Shown: positions 1 through 10,226, numbered from the stretch's first letter. The stretch is DNA of 24,000 nt from Methanoculleus sp. SDB (GCA_001412355.1 LKUD01000033.1:39179-63178), one strand, 5' to 3'. Made by a program: numbers and translations. The notes: generated from the letters alone by a model not told the origin.

Positions 1-1056
1 CGCAGTGTATGACGCATAATCATCGTCCCATGCGTCCTGCGTATCGTATGTCCCGTACTGCAGATCAGATTTCATATCTTCGATTTCCTGTTTCCACTCG
101 GCCATTGTGGCTTCCATGAAGACAAGCCTGTCCGCAATTTTTTGGTAGCTCTCCGTGATATGGCAGACGTAGTTCACCCGGGTAAAACGCTTCTCACCGT
201 TCCCGAGCGGGACAACAAAAGCCTCTGCATCCTCGTAATTCTCGGAATAAAGCCCGATATAAGTGGGGACGGTCGTTTCGATATAGAAATACTTCTCGTT
301 TTTTGAAGTCGTGAACGTCCGGAAAGGAGGATTTCCATTCGTGCTGATCCGAATGCCCGCCGTCGCATGATGCATCTCCGGAAAGAGCAGCAATGCCGCA
401 TCATAGCCCGCGCGGGACAACATTCCCAAAAGGAGAAGGCTCTTTTCATCGCAATCCCCTTTCCCGTCATAGATCACTTCGACCGGATACCGGGGGTAGA
501 CCGGGGCGCCGCTGTCATAGGGGATCTGCTGCACGAACGTAACCATCAGCTCAAGAAACTCCTCGTCATTGAGGTTGTCGCTTCGCCGGATCCGTTCCAG
601 GGGGCTGAGCACGTCGTCGAGAAATGTTACGATTGCGGGATCGCCGATAAATGAAGAGTAGTACCCGAGCATCCGATACTCGTCGTACCAGTACTCAGCG
701 GGGAGCGCCTTATCCACCGTCCGGGCGCCCTCGTATACGGACCTGTTAACGTCAATATCGATTTCATACTCCCGGGTCTCGAATTTGACGGGAAACATCC
801 GCGGTTCGGTAGCGGCAGCCCCGTCCATGACGGGTTGGATGCGCTGAAGGGCGAACCCGGTGCCGGATTCATCCTCACCGGTAAAGGCACTTTGTACGGG
901 AGTATTGAAAACTGCATCACCGGCTTCGCCGCCGGGTATGTCGGAGGACCATTGTTCCACGCCCTGTCCGCCATAATCCGTACAGCCGCACACGAACGGC
1001 AGGGAGACGGCCAGAAGAAGAAGGAATATCGTAGTACGGGGAGAACGGGAAGCCAT
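1..1056 (-). CDS. Secreted transglutaminase-like lipoprotein, C-terminus beyond the left window edge
   Basis: Minus-strand frame from ATG at 1056 reads MASRSPRTTIFLLLLAVSLPFVCGCTDYGG... (signal peptide and lipobox-like Cys), then VEVIYDGKGDCDEKSLLLLGMLSRAGYDAALLLFPEMHHATAGI, which resembles a transglutaminase Cys/His core. It stays open to position 1. Confidence 0.75.
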   Translation of the reverse strand, partial: MASRSPRTTIFLLLLAVSLPFVCGCTDYGGQGVEQWSSDIPGGEAGDAVFNTPVQSAFTGEDESGTGFALQRIQPVMDGAAATEPRMFPVKFETREYEIDIDVNRSVYEGARTVDKALPAEYWYDEYRMLGYYSSFIGDPAIVTFLDDVLSPLERIRRSDNLNDEEFLELMVTFVQQIPYDSGAPVYPRYPVEVIYDGKGDCDEKSLLLLGMLSRAGYDAALLLFPEMHHATAGIRISTNGNPPFRTFTTSKNEKYFYIETTVPTYIGLYSENYEDAEAFVVPLGNGEKRFTRVNYVCHITESYQKIADRLVFMEATMAEWKQEIEDMKSDLQYGTYDTQDAWDDDYASYTA

Positions 1057-1285
1057 TATGCACCTTTCAAGCAAGAACCGTCGTATCGGGGGGTGATTTT
1101 CGGACCGGAAAAAACAGGGATGCCTGCCCTGAGGATCTTCCCTGTACCTGTACTGTATCTGTGACTTGCGGAAGAAAGCAGTTTCTGAACCGGCATGCCG
1201 GATATCGGTTCAGGTTCCCTGATAGTGCGGAAACGGGAGGAAATGCCACCGCACTCCCCCGTAACGACAGGAGCCGGAACCCGTG

Positions 1286-1954
1286 TCAGCGGCCGGTGGT
1301 GCCCGGCACGGCCACCTTCTTTTCGATCATGTCTGCGGCGATCGTGGTGATTGTCACCAGCACGAGGTAGATCGCACCGACCATCATAAACGTCTCGTTG
1401 TACGTGAAATATTTCGTTGCCACGATCTTTCCGGCGCCCGAGAGTTCGATAACCGTCAGCATGTAGGCAAGCGAGGAGTACTTGATGAGATAGATGAATT
1501 CGTTTGTGATGCCGGGGATTGCCCGCCTGAGCGCCTGAGGCAGCACGATAAGCCATATACCCTGCAGGCGCGTCATCCCGAGCGCCTGTGCGGCAATCAT
1601 CTGTCCTTCTTTGACGGAGAGGAGGGCGCCGCGAATATACTCGGAGTTATAGGCGGCATTGCAGGAGATGAATCCGATTACCGCGGCGACGACGGGAGAA
1701 AACGAGATGCCTGCAGACGGCAGCCCGAAGTACAGGATGAAGAGCAGCAGAAGCAGCGGGCATCCCTTGACAAACGCGACGAATGCCCGACAGAGATACG
1801 ACGTCAGGCGGCCGCCGTAGGTCCTTCCGACTGCGAGCGCAATGCCAAAGACAAAGCCGAACGGGGCCGCTGCAACGATCAGTTCAAGGGTGATGACCAG
1901 CCCCTGAAGCAGTGCCGGAATAAGCACGTCCGTCATGAATAGCATTGTGTCCAT
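1286..1954 (-). CDS. Polar amino-acid ABC transporter permease
   Basis: 222-aa hydrophobic protein with LRRAIPGITNEFIYLIKYSSLAYMLTVIELSG, typical of the HisM/GlnP permease family; adjacent ATPase and second permease. Confidence 0.88.
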   Translation of the reverse strand: MDTMLFMTDVLIPALLQGLVITLELIVAAAPFGFVFGIALAVGRTYGGRLTSYLCRAFVAFVKGCPLLLLLFILYFGLPSAGISFSPVVAAVIGFISCNAAYNSEYIRGALLSVKEGQMIAAQALGMTRLQGIWLIVLPQALRRAIPGITNEFIYLIKYSSLAYMLTVIELSGAGKIVATKYFTYNETFMMVGAIYLVLVTITTIAADMIEKKVAVPGTTGR

Positions 1955-1966
1955 GAATACCTCCCG

Positions 1967-2725
1967 TCACTTTTCCCGGTCGAATTCCCGGAATTGTCCG
2001 ATGAAATTTTTCGTCCGGGAAAAACGCGGATCCGATAGGAGTTCCTGCGGCGATCCCTGTTCGGCAATCCGTCCCTTATCCATGAACAGGATCTCGTTCG
2101 CGACCGATGTCGCAAATCCCATCTCGTGCGTCACCACGAGCATCGTGGTTCCGTCACGGGCAAGATTCTTGATCACTTCGAGCACTTCACGGGTAAGTTC
2201 GGGATCCAGCGCCGACGTCGGTTCGTCAAAGAGCATGACATCGGGATCCATCGCGAGCGCCCGGGCGATTGATACACGCTGGGCCTGTCCTCCGGAGAGT
2301 TCGGCGGGATAGTGATCCGCCCAGTCTTCCATTCCCACCTGCCTGAGTTCCAGGAGCGCCTTTTTCCGCGCTTCCTTCGCCGGCATCCCCTTCACCTTGA
2401 TCAGGGCGATTTCCACGTTCCTGACAGCGGTCAGGTGATCGAAGAGGTAAAAGTTCTGGAAGACCATCCCCATTTTCTGGCGGAAGTAGTTGATGCGTGA
2501 ACCCGAATGTGTCACCTCTTCCCCGTTCAGCCAGACATGCCCGCTGTCGGGCACCGTCAGCTGGTTGATGCACCTGAGCAGCGTGCTTTTTCCTGTTCCC
2601 GACGGCCCGATGAACACCTTGGTGTCTCCTTTTCTGACGTTAAAGGAGACCGAGTCGAGCACGACCGTCTGACCGTACGACTTGCGGATGTTCTCGACCT
2701 TCAGGATATACTCGTCATCGTGCAT
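1967..2725 (-). CDS. glnQ: Polar amino-acid ABC transporter ATP-binding protein
   Basis: Walker [13 protein letters not shown], signature [16 protein letters not shown], Walker [15 protein letters not shown]. Start assigned to [18 protein letters not shown] at 2725 rather than the 2776 ORF start. Confidence 0.92.
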   Translation of the reverse strand: MHDDEYILKVENIRKSYGQTVVLDSVSFNVRKGDTKVFIGPSGTGKSTLLRCINQLTVPDSGHVWLNGEEVTHSGSRINYFRQKMGMVFQNFYLFDHLTAVRNVEIALIKVKGMPAKEARKKALLELRQVGMEDWADHYPAELSGGQAQRVSIARALAMDPDVMLFDEPTSALDPELTREVLEVIKNLARDGTTMLVVTHEMGFATSVANEILFMDKGRIAEQGSPQELLSDPRFSRTKNFIGQFREFDREK

Positions 2726-3404
2726 GTGATTCCTCACTCTGATGCCCGAAACCCGGGATCTTAATCTTGTTCTCAACTACCTGCAGGCACTTCATCCCCG
2801 AATAGTTCAGGAGAATATAGATGCCGGCTGCGGCGAGGTAGATCGGCATCGTCACATACGTCTGCGAGACGATCTGCGACGTTCGTGTCAGGAGCTCCAT
2901 TACCCCGATCGCATAGCAGACAGCCGTATCCGTCAGAACGTTCGGGTATTCGTTCGACCATCCGGGAAGCGCAATGCGCATCGCCTGCGGAAGGATAATC
3001 GATCGTATCGACTGAAACCTGCTCATGCCGAGCGAACGGGCCGCGATCATCTGGCCTTCGCTGATCGACTGGATGGCGCCGCGAAAGATCTGGGACTGGT
3101 AGGCTGCCCCGCGCAGGCCGAGCACCACGATGGCGACGACGAACGCCGGCAGATCGAGGTGCAGGCTCGGAAATATCCCGTAATAGAAGAGAAACAGCAG
3201 CACCAGCACCGGCAGTCCCCTGAAAAACCAGACGAAGATCCCGACGCAGGCCCTGACGAAACGTGTCCCGTACACCTGTCCGAGGGCCATCGGGAGGCCG
3301 AACAGCACTCCGAGCCCGAGCGATGCGAGCACGAGGCCGAGTGTGAATACCACCCCGCTTAGCAGATACGGGAACCATTCAATAAGGATCGATACGGCAT
3401 CCAT
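2715..3404 (-). CDS. Polar amino-acid ABC transporter permease
   Basis: 229-aa membrane protein with [54 protein letters not shown], the conserved EAA-loop region. Confidence 0.9.
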   Translation of the reverse strand: MDAVSILIEWFPYLLSGVVFTLGLVLASLGLGVLFGLPMALGQVYGTRFVRACVGIFVWFFRGLPVLVLLFLFYYGIFPSLHLDLPAFVVAIVVLGLRGAAYQSQIFRGAIQSISEGQMIAARSLGMSRFQSIRSIILPQAMRIALPGWSNEYPNVLTDTAVCYAIGVMELLTRTSQIVSQTYVTMPIYLAAAGIYILLNYSGMKCLQVVENKIKIPGFGHQSEESHAR

Positions 3405-3551
3405 GGGTAAATTCTCTGAGAGCGGATTGCAGTCTTCCGGACGTCCGCAGTACTTTCATACAATCATGCGATAACCATCACGCCCGTTCGGGAGCGGGGA
3501 ATGCGGATACCCCCCACACCGGAAACAGGCTTTTTTCATGAAAGAAAATCA

Positions 3552-4349
3552 CTACATCTCGTATTTTACGAGCAGTTCATCCCAGTAGGGATCGTTCATG
3601 AGGAGGGTAAGCCCATCGTTCATGGTTGCGAGGAGTTCGGTATCCTCCTTCCTGATGGCAACACCGTAATCCTCTCCGGTGTAGATCTCCCCGATGATGT
3701 GCAGGGGCTTCTCCGCAATCGCATTCACGTGCGGGGGTTTGTCGTAGATCGATGCATCAATCCGCTTGTTCTGGAGATCGGTAACGACAAGGGGGAAGTT
3801 GTCATAGAGTTTGAGGTTCTCCTCGGGCATGAGACCGGTCTCAATCAGGTTTTCATCCACCCAGAAAGCACCGGTCGTGCCCCTCTGGGCACCGATAATC
3901 GCGTTTCCTGCCAGAATGTCGTCCAGAGTCACTGCCGAATCGTCGTGAACGGCGAACGTCTGGTTGATCGTCTGGTACGGGATGGAGAAACTGACCATCT
4001 CCTTCCTCTCTTCGGTGATCGTCATGCCCGAATAGACCATGTCGATCTTCCCGGCATTCAGCGCGGGAATGATTCCGTCCCATGCCATTGCCTTGATTTC
4101 CACATTAAATCCCATTTTGTCGGCGATCCACCGGACCGATTCGACATCCAGTCCCAGGTAATTTCCATCCTTGTCAAGATAGGAATACGGGGGATATTCA
4201 CCGTCCACACCGACAATGTACATCGGTTTTTCCTCAACCGCCGATCCAGACTCTGCGGGAGACTGTTCCGTGCTGCCCGTACAGCCGGCGATACCGGCCG
4301 AAACGACAACTGCGATGACCAACAACACACCAAGAAATTTTATGTTCAT
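3552..4349 (-). CDS. Amino-acid ABC transporter substrate-binding lipoprotein
   Basis: Signal/lipobox MNIKFLGVLLVIAVVVSAGIAGCTGS; bacterial SBP family 3-like sequence (GVDGEYPPYSYLDKDGNYLGLDVESVRWIADKMGF, YSGMTITEERKE). Confidence 0.92.
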   Translation of the reverse strand: MNIKFLGVLLVIAVVVSAGIAGCTGSTEQSPAESGSAVEEKPMYIVGVDGEYPPYSYLDKDGNYLGLDVESVRWIADKMGFNVEIKAMAWDGIIPALNAGKIDMVYSGMTITEERKEMVSFSIPYQTINQTFAVHDDSAVTLDDILAGNAIIGAQRGTTGAFWVDENLIETGLMPEENLKLYDNFPLVVTDLQNKRIDASIYDKPPHVNAIAEKPLHIIGEIYTGEDYGVAIRKEDTELLATMNDGLTLLMNDPYWDELLVKYEM

Positions 4350-4383
4350 TGAACCATGTGTTTGCAGGAAGGGAACTTATCTT

Positions 4384-4695
4384 TTATGAATTGTTGCGCA
4401 GGGAAAATTTCACCTCATCTCCTCTCCCGGACCTGCGCCGAAACGCGAGCGGAGCACCCGCACGCGCCCGATAACCCCACACCCGTTTCGATAATCGGGA
4501 GGGGGATGCGGCTGACAGGAGGGCGATCCGATACGGAATGAGAGATGCACCACCGCCGTTTTCGCAGTCCATGCAGGGAAAACGCCAGAGATTCCCGGGA
4601 CCGACGGCAGAGCCGATAACAGCGGGAATGCCCTGCTCGAACTCGGTACCGAATTTTCCCCATCTCTCCACCGGAGGGAGGGGGACGATCATCAC
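4384..4695 (-). pseudogene. Decayed N-terminal fragment of a neurotransmitter:sodium symporter (NSS/SNF) family transporter
   Basis: Translation contains AVIGSAVGPGNLWRFPCMDCENGGGASLIPYRIALL (NSS TM1 signature). It continues in the overlapping frame as SRIPLPIIETGVG and returns to the first frame as YRARAGAPLAFRR before homology stops. Confidence 0.65.
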
Positions 4696-4791
4696 TCTAT
4701 TCCTCCGTAATCCAAAGATTCGTCACGAAAGAACATGCATGCCGGGAAAGAGGGATATTTTACGGAACAGAACATATGCGTATCTGCTCGC

Positions 4792-5358
4792 ATGAACCTG
4801 CCGACACTCGTTACCATCGCCGTGAGCCTTGCCATGGATGCATTTGCCGTATCCATCTCCGGAGGCATTACCATGCGGGGTTCACGATGGAAAAACGCCC
4901 TGACTCTTGCACTCTTCTTCGGAGCTTTTCAGGCAATCATGCCCGTAATCGGCTGGGCTTTCGGGGAGGCTGTCAGCTCATACATGGAGGGCATCGACCA
5001 CTGGATCGCCTTCCTGCTCCTTGCGCTCATCGGCGTTCATATGATACGGGAAGGCAGGAAAGACGAAGAGCAAAAGAACCTGAATAGTGCAACGCTTTGG
5101 ATGATCCTTCTCCTGTCGGTTGCCACAAGCATCGATGCGCTTGCCGTGGGACTCACTTTTGCTTTCCTCAATGTCCCGATCCTTACCGCAGCACTCCTTA
5201 TCGGCGTGATAACCGCCCTGATATCATACGGCGGATTTTTCATCGGAGACAGGTGGGGCCACCATGTCGGAGAATACGCGGAGACCGGTGGAGGCCTCAT
5301 CCTCATAGGAATCGGCCTGAAAATCCTCTTCGATCACCTTGGAATACTCCCGTTCTGA
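4792..5358 (+). CDS. mntP: MntP-family manganese efflux pump-like membrane protein
   Basis: MNLPTLVTIAVSLAMDAFAVSISGGITMR... and a duplicated half TSIDALAVGLTFAFLN; GW-G and MDAF/SIDA motifs typical of MntP (DUF204). Confidence 0.88.
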   Translation: MNLPTLVTIAVSLAMDAFAVSISGGITMRGSRWKNALTLALFFGAFQAIMPVIGWAFGEAVSSYMEGIDHWIAFLLLALIGVHMIREGRKDEEQKNLNSATLWMILLLSVATSIDALAVGLTFAFLNVPILTAALLIGVITALISYGGFFIGDRWGHHVGEYAETGGGLILIGIGLKILFDHLGILPF

Positions 5359-5366
5359 AAATTCAC

Positions 5367-5585
5367 TTAATCCGTCCCGGTATACCCGAACGCATGTGCG
5401 AGCATGAGAAAATCGGAAAGCCGATCATCGGGTTTCTCCAGAAAAAGAGCCCAAAGCCTGCGATTCAGTGCCAGACTCCGTCCGCATGCGCGGCATGTAA
5501 GGAATACGCTGTTGATGTCATGGTGTACCACCGTGAGCATTCTTTCCTCACACGTCGGGCAGTAATAGCAATCCTCGTCCTCCAT
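5367..5585 (-). CDS. Small zinc-ribbon protein
   Basis: 72 aa with CYYCPTCEERML...FLTCRACGRSL, two CxxC knuckles. Confidence 0.6.
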   Translation of the reverse strand: MEDEDCYYCPTCEERMLTVVHHDINSVFLTCRACGRSLALNRRLWALFLEKPDDRLSDFLMLAHAFGYTGTD

Positions 5586-5601
5586 TCCGCATTCTCCCGC
5601 A

Positions 5602-8600
5602 TCAGGTTCCGTTTACCGGACTACTCCTTTTTTTCTCAATCGCCGTTACTATCCGGTCAATAACAGGCGCACGCTTCTCATCCATCGCCGCTGCGGCCCG
5701 GAGCATAGCCACCGCGGGCTCGCCAATCTCGATCAATACCCGCTCAGCACCCATTCGTACTGCGGGTGCGGAGTCACCCAGAGTCTCGATAAGCGGTGCG
5801 ACCACCTGTGCCCCGCCGATGCGGGACATCGTCTTCATAGCGATCAGACGGACATCAATCGATTCGTCCTGAAGTGCTTCGGTGACCGGCCCGATGGCCG
5901 CCGGTCCGAGCCGGTCGAGTTCGCCCCACCGATCCTTGCCTATCAGGTAATATGCGTACTCGGTATCGTTACCCGCCTCCCATCCAAGCTGATCGAGCGC
6001 CTCGGCGACACCCTGCTTAAACTCTTTCTCGCCGTATTTCAGCGCATTGACGAGATGGTCCTGCGGGATACCCGAGGGATCCCTGAGGGCTTCGAGTGCA
6101 ACGTGCCTGACCCGGTAGTCGACATCGTTGAGAGCCTGTATCAGCGGTTCGATTGCCCGCCGATCCCCGATATATCCTAGCGAGTGGGCAGCGGCCATCT
6201 GTACCTCCTCGTCACGGTCACGGAGGGCGACAATAAGCGGATCGATCGAGCTCCGGTTGCCCATATACCCGAGTGCCTCGGCAATGACCGCACGCACCCG
6301 GTAATTCCGTTCCGTATTCATCGCCTCGATCAGGGCGTCGATAGATCGCTCGTTCCCGATCTTGCCGAGATTGCGTGCCGCCACCGTCCTCACGAACGTA
6401 TTATCGTCCCGGAGTGCGTTCATGAGAGGATCGACGGCAACCTCCCGCATCTCTCCGAGCAGCTCCGCAGCCGCCTTTTTAATTTCACTATCCTCGTTTC
6501 TCAACGCACGGATGAGCCCTTCGACCGCCGGCCTGCCCATCATCATCAGCCGCATCGAGACAGCCACCTGGGAGGTTCCGTTGCGATCTTTCAGGGCGAT
6601 AATCAGGTTTTCAATCTCCTGAGCTCCGTCCTTGTCGAACTCTTTCGCGTCGTTCTCTTCCATCGCACCGATCAGCTGCGGCTGCTCTTCCTCGACCTCC
6701 ACCCGCTTCATCCACGCATCACGCCAGACGTTGAGGATTTCGCGCTTTTTCATGACGCGTGCCGCCTTATCGCGGACCTCCTCGTCGGGATCCTGCATAG
6801 CGATCAGGATGGCCTCCTCGGCCCGGTGATCGTAAATCGTCCCGAGGGCATCGAGCGCGGCAAGGCGCTCCTTTAAAAGGCCTTTTTTCAGCACCCATGT
6901 CAGCGGCATGATGGCAGGGACTCCAATCTCGGACAGTGCCTGCGAAACCCCCCAGCGCACCTCCGCCACGTCGTCCCCGAGGTGTTCGATCAGGGCGGGG
7001 ATGGATTTGATATCGGCGAGCTTTGCAAGCGCACGGGCGGCACTGATTCGTACCAGGGCATTTGAGTTCTCCAGCGCTTTTAAGAGGGGAGTGAGTGCCG
7101 CAGTGCCGAATTCCACCAGCGCATCCGCGGCCGCGAAACGTACGCCGTTGTACTCGTCACTGAAGAGCTCCACGAGAAACGGTATTGAAAGCGGATTTTT
7201 CAGGCTCCCGAGGGAGAGAGAGGCGGAGATGCGTACATCCTCATAGGGATCGCGGAGCACCTGAATGAGAGGACCCACGCCCTTCTGGCTTCCCATCTCC
7301 CCGAGCGCATCGGAAGCCGCAAGCCGCACGGTGTACGTCTCGTCCTGCAACGCTTTGATCAGGTATTCAATCGCCGGATCACCCATTTCACGAAGCGATT
7401 CGATTGCGGTGGCACGTATCGACTCATCCCGCGATTTTAAGGCGCGGAGCAGCACTTCAACGGGGTCCTCCTTCACTGCGGGATCCTCGCCGGTGAAGGT
7501 TATCGATGTGTGCGAGTCGTAATCGATGAGATCGGCCGGCCCTTCCGCACGAGCGGCGGCTGGCGTGGCCCATACATCGTCGGCGTCTTCCGCCTCCGCA
7601 CGGGCCCGTTCCTGCGCGGCAGCCATCTCCTCCCTCTCAATCGCGGAAAAACGTTCCTTCAGGAATGTTTCCATCCCGCGAATGTCTTCAGGCGTCGGTT
7701 CGGCACCCTCCGCCGGCTTCACCGAAGGCTCCGGCTTTTCCGCACGCTGCCGTTTCCGCTCGGCTGCTGCAAGCCCTTCGTTCACTTTTCGTTCGCTCTC
7801 GGCAATCATCTGCCGGAGCTCTTTCTGCTCTGCCGGACTGGGAACCTGCTTCGGGAAGGGAGGCCGGGCATCCTCCGTTGCTTTGCCGGGACGAACCGGG
7901 AGTCTGCCCTCCAAAATCCGCTGCTCATCGAATTTTTTTCGGGCGCCCATTGAATCATCGTACTCGCGCCTGAACGTCTCCGAATCGGCGACACTCTTGC
8001 GTGCGAGGGTGGATTCCTCCTCGTTTTTCTTTTTTATCGAAGAAATCGCCCGGCGGGCCGACTCTTTCCGGACCGAATCCTGAACTGAGAGGGCGGCCAG
8101 CAGCGCTTCATGTGCGGGATTACCGATCTTCCGGAGTGCTTCCACGGCACCCAGCCGGACACCCGAATGGGCTTCCTGCAGTACCTCGATGAGCGGCTGA
8201 ATCGCGGGTTTGCCTAAGCTGGCAAGCTCGTTCCACTGCTCTTTGGCGATCAGGTACCGGATCTGCTGCCGGGCGTTCGCCGGCTTCCACCCGAGCCGGT
8301 CCAGTGCCCAGGCCGCCTCCATCCTCACCTGAGGATAGGAATCATCCAGCACCGCCATCAGATCGGGGAGTGCCCGGTTATCGCCCAGTTCCCCGTACGA
8401 CTCCGCCGATGCGGCGCGTACGTGGGCATCGTCATCAGAAAGCCCCTTCTGCAGAACCGGGATGGCGCGAAGATCATGAATCCTCCCGAGCGACCGGATG
8501 GCGAGTATCCTGACGCCGGGATCCGGATCGCCTGCCGCCTCAAGAAGAACGGGAACAGCTGCCTTTTTCAGCTTCACGCATTCTTTCCACTCCTCGCGGA

Positions 8601-9144
8601 TACAGAAGAGGTATGCCTTTTCGGTGTCGTCCTCCGGTTCCCATCCTGTCCGCGCCAGCGCATTGCCGGCTTCACGCCGGACGTCGCGGTTACTGTCGGA
8701 GCTGAGATGGCGAAGGGCGAGCAGTGCGTCCATATTTTTCTTTCCCAGGGACCCGAGCATGATCGCTGCCCCCTTCCTGACCGATGCAGATTCGTGCATA
8801 AGTGCCGGGGTGATCGCCTCAAATGCCGGCGTGCCGAGCCGTGCGACATCATCCGAAATATCTGCCGCAACCTCCCCGGGCACCTTCCCCACGAGATGCA
8901 GGAGAGCAGGAAGTGCCGGAAGGCCGGGTGACGAGAGTGCATGGGCGAGACCGGACGAACCGGAACCGCCGGAGAGGCGGGCTACGACGGCCCGGATCGC
9001 AGGCGCACCGAGAGAAAAGAGTGCGGTGGCAGCCCCGGGATGGTATTCGGTATCCGCTCCTGAAAGAATGTTCAGGAGACCGTCGATGTCCCCTGCATCC
9101 TTCAGTTTCCTGATATCCGGTGCAGATCTGCCAAAAAACGCCAT
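5602..9144 (-). CDS. Large PBS-lyase/HEAT-repeat protein (~1180 aa)
   Basis: Many ~31-aa repeats such as DPAIEYLIKALQDETYTVRLAASDALGEMG and RRAIEPLIQALNDVDYRVRHVALEALR. Start placed at MAFFGRSAPDIRKLKDAGD (9144) because the ORF extension to 9516 is non-repeat, low-plausibility sequence. Confidence 0.88.
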   Translation of the reverse strand: MAFFGRSAPDIRKLKDAGDIDGLLNILSGADTEYHPGAATALFSLGAPAIRAVVARLSGGSGSSGLAHALSSPGLPALPALLHLVGKVPGEVAADISDDVARLGTPAFEAITPALMHESASVRKGAAIMLGSLGKKNMDALLALRHLSSDSNRDVRREAGNALARTGWEPEDDTEKAYLFCIREEWKECVKLKKAAVPVLLEAAGDPDPGVRILAIRSLGRIHDLRAIPVLQKGLSDDDAHVRAASAESYGELGDNRALPDLMAVLDDSYPQVRMEAAWALDRLGWKPANARQQIRYLIAKEQWNELASLGKPAIQPLIEVLQEAHSGVRLGAVEALRKIGNPAHEALLAALSVQDSVRKESARRAISSIKKKNEEESTLARKSVADSETFRREYDDSMGARKKFDEQRILEGRLPVRPGKATEDARPPFPKQVPSPAEQKELRQMIAESERKVNEGLAAAERKRQRAEKPEPSVKPAEGAEPTPEDIRGMETFLKERFSAIEREEMAAAQERARAEAEDADDVWATPAAARAEGPADLIDYDSHTSITFTGEDPAVKEDPVEVLLRALKSRDESIRATAIESLREMGDPAIEYLIKALQDETYTVRLAASDALGEMGSQKGVGPLIQVLRDPYEDVRISASLSLGSLKNPLSIPFLVELFSDEYNGVRFAAADALVEFGTAALTPLLKALENSNALVRISAARALAKLADIKSIPALIEHLGDDVAEVRWGVSQALSEIGVPAIMPLTWVLKKGLLKERLAALDALGTIYDHRAEEAILIAMQDPDEEVRDKAARVMKKREILNVWRDAWMKRVEVEEEQPQLIGAMEENDAKEFDKDGAQEIENLIIALKDRNGTSQVAVSMRLMMMGRPAVEGLIRALRNEDSEIKKAAAELLGEMREVAVDPLMNALRDDNTFVRTVAARNLGKIGNERSIDALIEAMNTERNYRVRAVIAEALGYMGNRSSIDPLIVALRDRDEEVQMAAAHSLGYIGDRRAIEPLIQALNDVDYRVRHVALEALRDPSGIPQDHLVNALKYGEKEFKQGVAEALDQLGWEAGNDTEYAYYLIGKDRWGELDRLGPAAIGPVTEALQDESIDVRLIAMKTMSRIGGAQVVAPLIETLGDSAPAVRMGAERVLIEIGEPAVAMLRAAAAMDEKRAPVIDRIVTAIEKKRSSPVNGT

Positions 9145-9295
9145 TCCGCGACATCCTCCCGGCGCACACCGGCGGGTGTAAAAAAACAGACCGGGCTGTG
9201 CGGCGGATATGTAAATTACTGTTGTCGGGGGAGTATCTTGAATATTCTGTTCGGGGACTGTGGAGAACGGAGCGAGCCTACCCCGCACGCACGGC

Positions 9296-9808
9296 TCAGA
9301 AAAACTTTCTGAACCTCTCCCCCGTCGCATGGCAGATCGGGCAGTGTTCGGGAGGAGCGTTCCGTGCGCAGATGTACCCGCAGACCGGGCAGCGCAGGAC
9401 GGGGTATGCGAGTTTCCGGGGCACATCAGTCTCCTGCGGGCGAACGAATCCGGACCGTTCTGATGCTGCAGGCCGCCGTTCCGGAATGGGGGCCGCTTCG
9501 GCACGACCCTCAGCAATCATGTCGGAGACATACAGGGCACAGTAACACGATCCGTATTCGGCAAGATCGGGATCACGATAATCGCAGGGACAGACGATAT
9601 CCAGATCGTCCTCCCTCTTTCCTGCCGCACGCCGGCAGGGGCACGCCTGATACCCGTATCGTTTCTCATTTGCTATCAGGCCCCGGACAAGATGGCGGGT
9701 AACGGACATATCGGGATTCAGGTGGTACCCGGAATGTTCAGCCTCGTTCCGGAGACGCGCCACACGCGCCGAAATTTCATCCTCACTGACGTCAGGCAGT
9801 TTCTTCAT
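9296..9808 (-). CDS. Ferredoxin-thioredoxin reductase catalytic-subunit-like protein with C-terminal rubredoxin-like zinc ribbon
   Basis: GYQACPCR...DIVCPCDYRDPDLAEYGSCYCALYV (FTR beta-type Cys motif) plus LRCPVCGYICARNAPPEHCPICHA. Confidence 0.85.
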   Translation of the reverse strand: MKKLPDVSEDEISARVARLRNEAEHSGYHLNPDMSVTRHLVRGLIANEKRYGYQACPCRRAAGKREDDLDIVCPCDYRDPDLAEYGSCYCALYVSDMIAEGRAEAAPIPERRPAASERSGFVRPQETDVPRKLAYPVLRCPVCGYICARNAPPEHCPICHATGERFRKFF

Positions 9809-10083
9809 CAGGCAAGCGCCTCCCGTATCTGGTCTTCATGAAAACCCACGATTACCCTGTCGCCGATGCGAATCACCGGAAACGACCCGCGGGGGTTGTA
9901 CCGGGTGACGTCATCAAGCACCTCTTTCATCTCATCGTCCTCCAGCAGATCGACGTATATATAGGAGAAGGCGACCCCGAGCTCGCCGAGGAGTTCTTTC
10001 GTTTTCCGGCACCACTGGCACGTGCTCAGGGCGTAGAGGATGATGTTACCCCGGTCGATCCCCTCAACCCGTTCGAATTCCAT
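9808..10083 (-). CDS. Glutaredoxin-like protein
   Basis: MEFERVEGIDRGNIILYALSTCQWCRKTKELLGELGVAFSYIYVDL...RGSFPVIRIGDRVIVGF: CxxC, cis-Pro and glutaredoxin-type C-terminus. Stop overlaps the FTR-like start (TGATG). Confidence 0.85.
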   Translation of the reverse strand: MEFERVEGIDRGNIILYALSTCQWCRKTKELLGELGVAFSYIYVDLLEDDEMKEVLDDVTRYNPRGSFPVIRIGDRVIVGFHEDQIREALA

Positions 10084-10226
10084 GGCGATTACTATCGGGG
10101 CAGAGAATAAGGATTTTTCCGTGGAATGATAGGTGCGCATCCCCCGGATTTAGGGATAGGTAATTATAGAAGGAGCCGAAAGATTCCTTTTCGTATGCTA
10201 CTGCCGCATAACCGCAGCATACCGGG

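Noticed and set aside
1283-1942. 219-aa plus-strand ORF
   Set aside because: It is the exact antisense shadow of the ABC permease (1286-1954); composition is Asp/Arg/Gly-rich with no family motif.
3501-4352. 283-aa plus-strand ORF
   Set aside because: Antisense of the well-supported substrate-binding lipoprotein; no recognisable domain.
9144-9516. N-terminal extension of the HEAT protein ORF
   Set aside because: The sequence MLRVVPKRPPFRNGG... is low-complexity intergenic translation overlapping the FTR-like gene's 3' end; HEAT repeats begin after the internal Met at 9144.
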